DNA of 10,347 nucleotides, taken from NCBI GenBank assembly GCA_964510165.1, contig CAZEBC010000072.1, positions 1 to 10,347 of the forward strand, in the 5' to 3' direction. The translations under genes were made by a program, and so were the position numbers. Under the pieces are notes generated by a model. That model worked only from the letters and a program-made list of their open reading frames with translations. It was not told where the DNA came from and made no database searches. The number at the start of each line of letters is the position of its first letter. The first letter of the stretch is position 1. This document shows, piece after piece, positions 7,336-10,347 of the stretch. This DNA comes from an uncultured bacterium. Its GTDB lineage: Bacteria > Abyssobacteria > SURF-5.

Positions 7336-7363
7336 CATCCCCTGCGAGCGAGGAGGAATCGTC

Positions 7364-8149
7364 ATGACCGAAACCCGGGAAGTTCTCTACAATGTCAAGG
7401 ACAGGGTGGCCACCATCACTATAAATCGGCCCGAACGCCGCAACGCACTCAATCCGAATGTCATGGCCGGTTTGAACAGATATCTCGACGAGGCGGGCGC
7501 GGACCCCAGTGTGTCGGCGGTCGCCTTGACGGGCGCCGGCGGGAATTTCTGCTCAGGCGCCGATTTGGGCGGCAGTTTCGGCGGCGAACAGTCCTACCTC
7601 GATATGCATTATGACCGCGGCCGCTACGTCGAGTTGTTGCTGAAAATGAACGCATGCAAGAAGCCGATCCTGGCCGCCATCGAAGGCTACTGCCTGGCCG
7701 GAGGAATGGGGCTTTGCCTGTCCAGCGACGTGGCCATCGCCAGCGAGGACGCTCAGTTTGGCCTGCCCGAGATCAAGCGCGGCCTGTGGCCATACATGGT
7801 CACGGCAGCCCTCATCCGCAACGTGGGCCGAAAAAAGGCCGCCGAACTGTGCATGACCGGCGACCGCATCTCCGCCGCCGAAGCGGAGCGCATCGGCATA
7901 ATCAACTATTCCGTGCCCAAAGACCAGTTCCAGGAAAGGGTGTCGAGGATGGCGAAGAAGCTGGCTTCGTCCAGCCCGGCCATCATGGGTCTTGGCAAAT
8001 CCTCGTTCTATCGCATAGCGGACATGACCATGTACGACGCCCTGAGCTACCTCCATTCGCAGTTGACGATCAACACCCAGGTGGAGGACTTGATGGAAGG
8101 CATCGCGGCCTTCATGGAGAAACGCGAGCCGGTATGGAAAGGGAGATAG
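7364..8149 (+). CDS. Enoyl-CoA hydratase/isomerase (crotonase) family protein, LiuC/AtuE-like
   Basis: The true start is probably ATG 7364 (RBS AGGAGG at 7351-7356), giving 261 aa; the track's start at 7175 overlaps the BKACE gene. Motifs ITINRPERRNAL, FCSGADL, KPILAAIEGYCLAGGMGL, FGLPEIKRG and EGIAAFMEKREPVWKGR. Confidence 0.92.
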   Translation: MTETREVLYNVKDRVATITINRPERRNALNPNVMAGLNRYLDEAGADPSVSAVALTGAGGNFCSGADLGGSFGGEQSYLDMHYDRGRYVELLLKMNACKKPILAAIEGYCLAGGMGLCLSSDVAIASEDAQFGLPEIKRGLWPYMVTAALIRNVGRKKAAELCMTGDRISAAEAERIGIINYSVPKDQFQERVSRMAKKLASSSPAIMGLGKSSFYRIADMTMYDALSYLHSQLTINTQVEDLMEGIAAFMEKREPVWKGR

Positions 8150-8161
8150 GAGCAAGCGAAT

Positions 8162-8410
8162 ATGAGCAAAACCATCGAAGTGAGAGCGCCCATGTCCGGC
8201 GTATTCTACAGGAGGCCGGCTCCCGATCAGCCGCCTTACGTCGAGGTGGGCGATCTGGTCAAAAAGAAGCAGATTCTGGCGCTTCTTGAAACCATGAAAG
8301 TCTTTCAGAAGATCAAATCGCCGGCGGCAGGCACAATCGCCCAGATCGTCGTTCAGAATGAAACCCCGCTGTCGGACGGCGACCTCATGTTTGTCATCAA
8401 TGCCGAATGA
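8162..8410 (+). CDS. Stand-alone biotin carboxyl carrier protein (biotinyl domain only)
   Basis: 82 aa. VRAPMSGVFYRRPAPDQPPYVEVGDLV and biotinylation motif ETMKV (Lys codon 8297-8299). RBS AGGAG overlaps the upstream stop codon. Confidence 0.9.
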   Translation: MSKTIEVRAPMSGVFYRRPAPDQPPYVEVGDLVKKKQILALLETMKVFQKIKSPAAGTIAQIVVQNETPLSDGDLMFVINAE

Positions 8411-8439
8411 ACTGCTCGCAAATACATTTTGCTGCTCAT

Positions 8440-8463
8440 GTAAGGGCGGTTCGCCAACCGCCC
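8440..8463 (+). repeat. GTAG-type REP-like palindrome
   Basis: GTAA-GGGCGGTT-CGCC-AACCGCCC, the same architecture (tetranucleotide plus GGGCG stem) as the copies at 4759-4810. Confidence 0.6.
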
Positions 8464-8476
8464 GTCGCCACCATCT

Positions 8477-8502
8477 GTCATTCCCGCGAAAACAGGAATC
8501 CA
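8477..8502 (+). repeat. GTCATTCCCGCG...GGAATCCA-type short palindromic repeat (CGTC-REP / dRS3-like), degenerate
   Basis: GTCATTCCCGCGAAAACAGGAATCCA differs at two positions from the widespread GTCATTCCCGCGAAAGCGGGAATCCA repeat as I recall it. Confidence 0.65.
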
Positions 8503-8564
8503 TAGTGATCGCGGCACGAAATATGCTCAACCGTTTGCGAGGCTATATATAAGGACCACAACCG

Positions 8565-9932
8565 ATGTTCTCAAAAATATTGATAGCCAACCGGGGCGAG
8601 ATCGCGCTCCGAATCGAGCGCGCCGCAAAGGCGCTCGGCATAAAGACCGTGGCCGTGTATTCCGAGGCCGACAGGGACAGCCTGCACGTTCGTCATGCCG
8701 ACGAGAGCGTGTGCATAGGGCCGCCCATGAGCGCGAAGAGCTATCTGAACGTCGACGCCATCATCAAAGCCGCAATGAACACACGCGCCGAAGCCGTTCA
8801 TCCGGGTTACGGCTATCTGGCCGAAAACGGAGACTTCGCCCGCGCCTGCAAGGACGCAGGCCTTGTGTTCATCGGCCCAACACCCGAAAACCTCGACCTC
8901 GCCGGTGATAAGCTCAAAGCCAAATCGCTCGTGAGCCGCGCTGGAGTGCCTATCATCCCGTCGAGTCTCAACGGAGTGACCTCGATTGACCACGCCGTTG
9001 CGTCCGCCGCTCAGTTAGGCTATCCGGTGATGATCAAGGCGGCAGCCGGAGGCGGCGGCCGGGGGATTCGTGTCTGCCCTGATGAAGCCACTCTCAGGGA
9101 GGAGTTTGGTGTGGCGAGGGCGGAGGTGAAAGCGGCATTCGGCGACGATTCGTTGTATATCGAAAAGTGCCTCGTGCATCCGCGCCACATAGAGTTTCAG
9201 GTATTGGCCGATTCCTTCGGCAATATCATCCATCTGGGCGAAAGGGAGTGCTCCATTCAGCGGCGCTACCAAAAACTGATCGAGGAAGCGCCCTCCCCCG
9301 CCATGACGCCCGAACTGCGAGAGGCCATGGGACAAGCTGCCATCAAAGCGGCCGGGGCAGTCAACTACTTCAACGCCGGCACCGTGGAATTCCTGCTCGA
9401 CCAGGACGGCAAGTTCTATTTCATGGAGATAAACGCCCGCATCCAGGTGGAACATCCGGTCACGGAAATGGTCACGGGAGTTGACCTGGTGCAGGAACAG
9501 ATTCGTTTGGCCGACGGCGGCAGACTGGATTACAGCTTCAACGACATCAATCTGAACGGCTGGGCCATCGAGTGTCGGATCAACGCCGAGAATCCGGACT
9601 TCAACTTCGCGCCCTCGCCGGGCAAAATCGAGGAATATCGCCCCCCGGGCGGCGCCGGCGTCAGGCTTGACACTCACCTGTATCAGGGATACGAGTTGCC
9701 CATATATTATGATTCGCTGGTGGCCAAACTCATCGCGCATGGTGAGACCAGGGACGCCGCCATCCGCGTACTCAAGAAAGCCCTTCAGGAGTTTGTCATT
9801 CAGCCGATTAAGACAACCATCCCCCTGTATCTTGAGATTGTCGATGACCCCGAATTCCGCAAAGGCGATATCCATACCGGCTATATCAAGAAATTCGTCC
9901 CGGATGAAGACGATGACGACGATGACGAGTAA
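8565..9932 (+). CDS. accC: Biotin carboxylase subunit (AccC-type, ATP-grasp)
   Basis: 455 aa. MFSKILIANRGEIALRI, HPGYGYLAEN, YPVMIKAAAGGGGRGIR, ERECSIQRRYQKLIEEAPS, FMEINARIQVEHPVTE, ECRINAE and YYDSLVAKLI. No fused BT or biotinyl domain. It is probably a pathway-specific AccC-like paralog rather than the fatty-acid synthesis copy. Confidence 0.93.
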   Translation: MFSKILIANRGEIALRIERAAKALGIKTVAVYSEADRDSLHVRHADESVCIGPPMSAKSYLNVDAIIKAAMNTRAEAVHPGYGYLAENGDFARACKDAGLVFIGPTPENLDLAGDKLKAKSLVSRAGVPIIPSSLNGVTSIDHAVASAAQLGYPVMIKAAAGGGGRGIRVCPDEATLREEFGVARAEVKAAFGDDSLYIEKCLVHPRHIEFQVLADSFGNIIHLGERECSIQRRYQKLIEEAPSPAMTPELREAMGQAAIKAAGAVNYFNAGTVEFLLDQDGKFYFMEINARIQVEHPVTEMVTGVDLVQEQIRLADGGRLDYSFNDINLNGWAIECRINAENPDFNFAPSPGKIEEYRPPGGAGVRLDTHLYQGYELPIYYDSLVAKLIAHGETRDAAIRVLKKALQEFVIQPIKTTIPLYLEIVDDPEFRKGDIHTGYIKKFVPDEDDDDDDE

Positions 9933-9975
9933 ACACAGTCATCATGAAAAGACCGTCAGGGGGGAACCAAGAAGG

Positions 9976-10347
9976 ATGACCGGCGCGGTCACTGTAGACT
10001 GTTTCGACGACCTCGGCGCATATGCGGAACGCTACAGGGCCGTCCCGGAAGCGCAACATGTCTTCGTGTCGCCGCGCTGGATGCAGACGTGGAGGCAATC
10101 CTTCACACCAAGGGACGAACTCTGCATATGTGCGATTAAACTGTGCGAAAGAACCATCGGCGTCGCCCCCCTTTGCATCAATGGCGCTGCAGCCTCATTC
10201 ATAGGCGATCCCGAGGTCTTCGATTACATGGATTTTATGGTGGCGCAAGAGCATGAAAAGGAATTCTACTCCGCGCTCCTCGACGAGTTGAGGAGAAGGC
10301 GCGTAACCGAACTTGATCTGCGGTGTCTGCGTCCGGAGTCAACTGTG
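9976..10347 (+). CDS. GNAT-family protein, CelD/BcsL-like, 3'-truncated
   Basis: Translated by hand; open from ATG 9976 to the window end: MTGAVTVDCFDDLGAYAERYRAVPEAQHVFVSPRWMQTWRQSF...IGVAPLCINGAAASFIGDPEVFDYMDFMV...ELDLRCLRPESTV. The F.SP.W...W, G.APL and DY.DF patterns are typical of this family. Confidence 0.75.
   Translation, partial: MTGAVTVDCFDDLGAYAERYRAVPEAQHVFVSPRWMQTWRQSFTPRDELCICAIKLCERTIGVAPLCINGAAASFIGDPEVFDYMDFMVAQEHEKEFYSALLDELRRRRVTELDLRCLRPESTV

Noticed and set aside
7175-7363. N-terminal extension of the crotonase given by the ORF track
   Set aside because: It overlaps the BKACE gene; a strong AGGAGG precedes ATG 7364, where family similarity begins.

Overview
The window spans the boundary between a probable integrative element and a chromosomal metabolic operon. 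Bases 1-2709 carry the 5'-truncated end of a large SNF2-type (superfamily 2) helicase gene. It is followed by tandem 9-bp repeats and the 3' half of a tRNA-Ala(GGC) starting exactly at the anticodon loop (2874-2915), which looks like the attR end of a tRNA-targeted island. Next come a rho-independent terminator and a ~117-bp MITE-like element. From 3195 there is a + strand operon: two paralogous acyl-CoA carboxyltransferase (CT) beta subunits, a DUF849/BKACE beta-keto acid cleavage enzyme, a LiuC/AtuE-like single-Glu crotonase, a stand-alone biotin carboxyl carrier and a biotin carboxylase. A 3'-truncated CelD/BcsL-like GNAT ORF, missing from the ORF track, closes the window. The most striking observation is that the two CT subunits have lost complementary halves of the catalytic motifs, suggesting an obligate heteromeric carboxyltransferase in an uncharacterised carboxylation-hydration-beta-keto-acid-cleavage pathway. 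REP-like palindromes of two families sit in the operon spacers. All protein calls come from motif recognition by eye; no searches were run.
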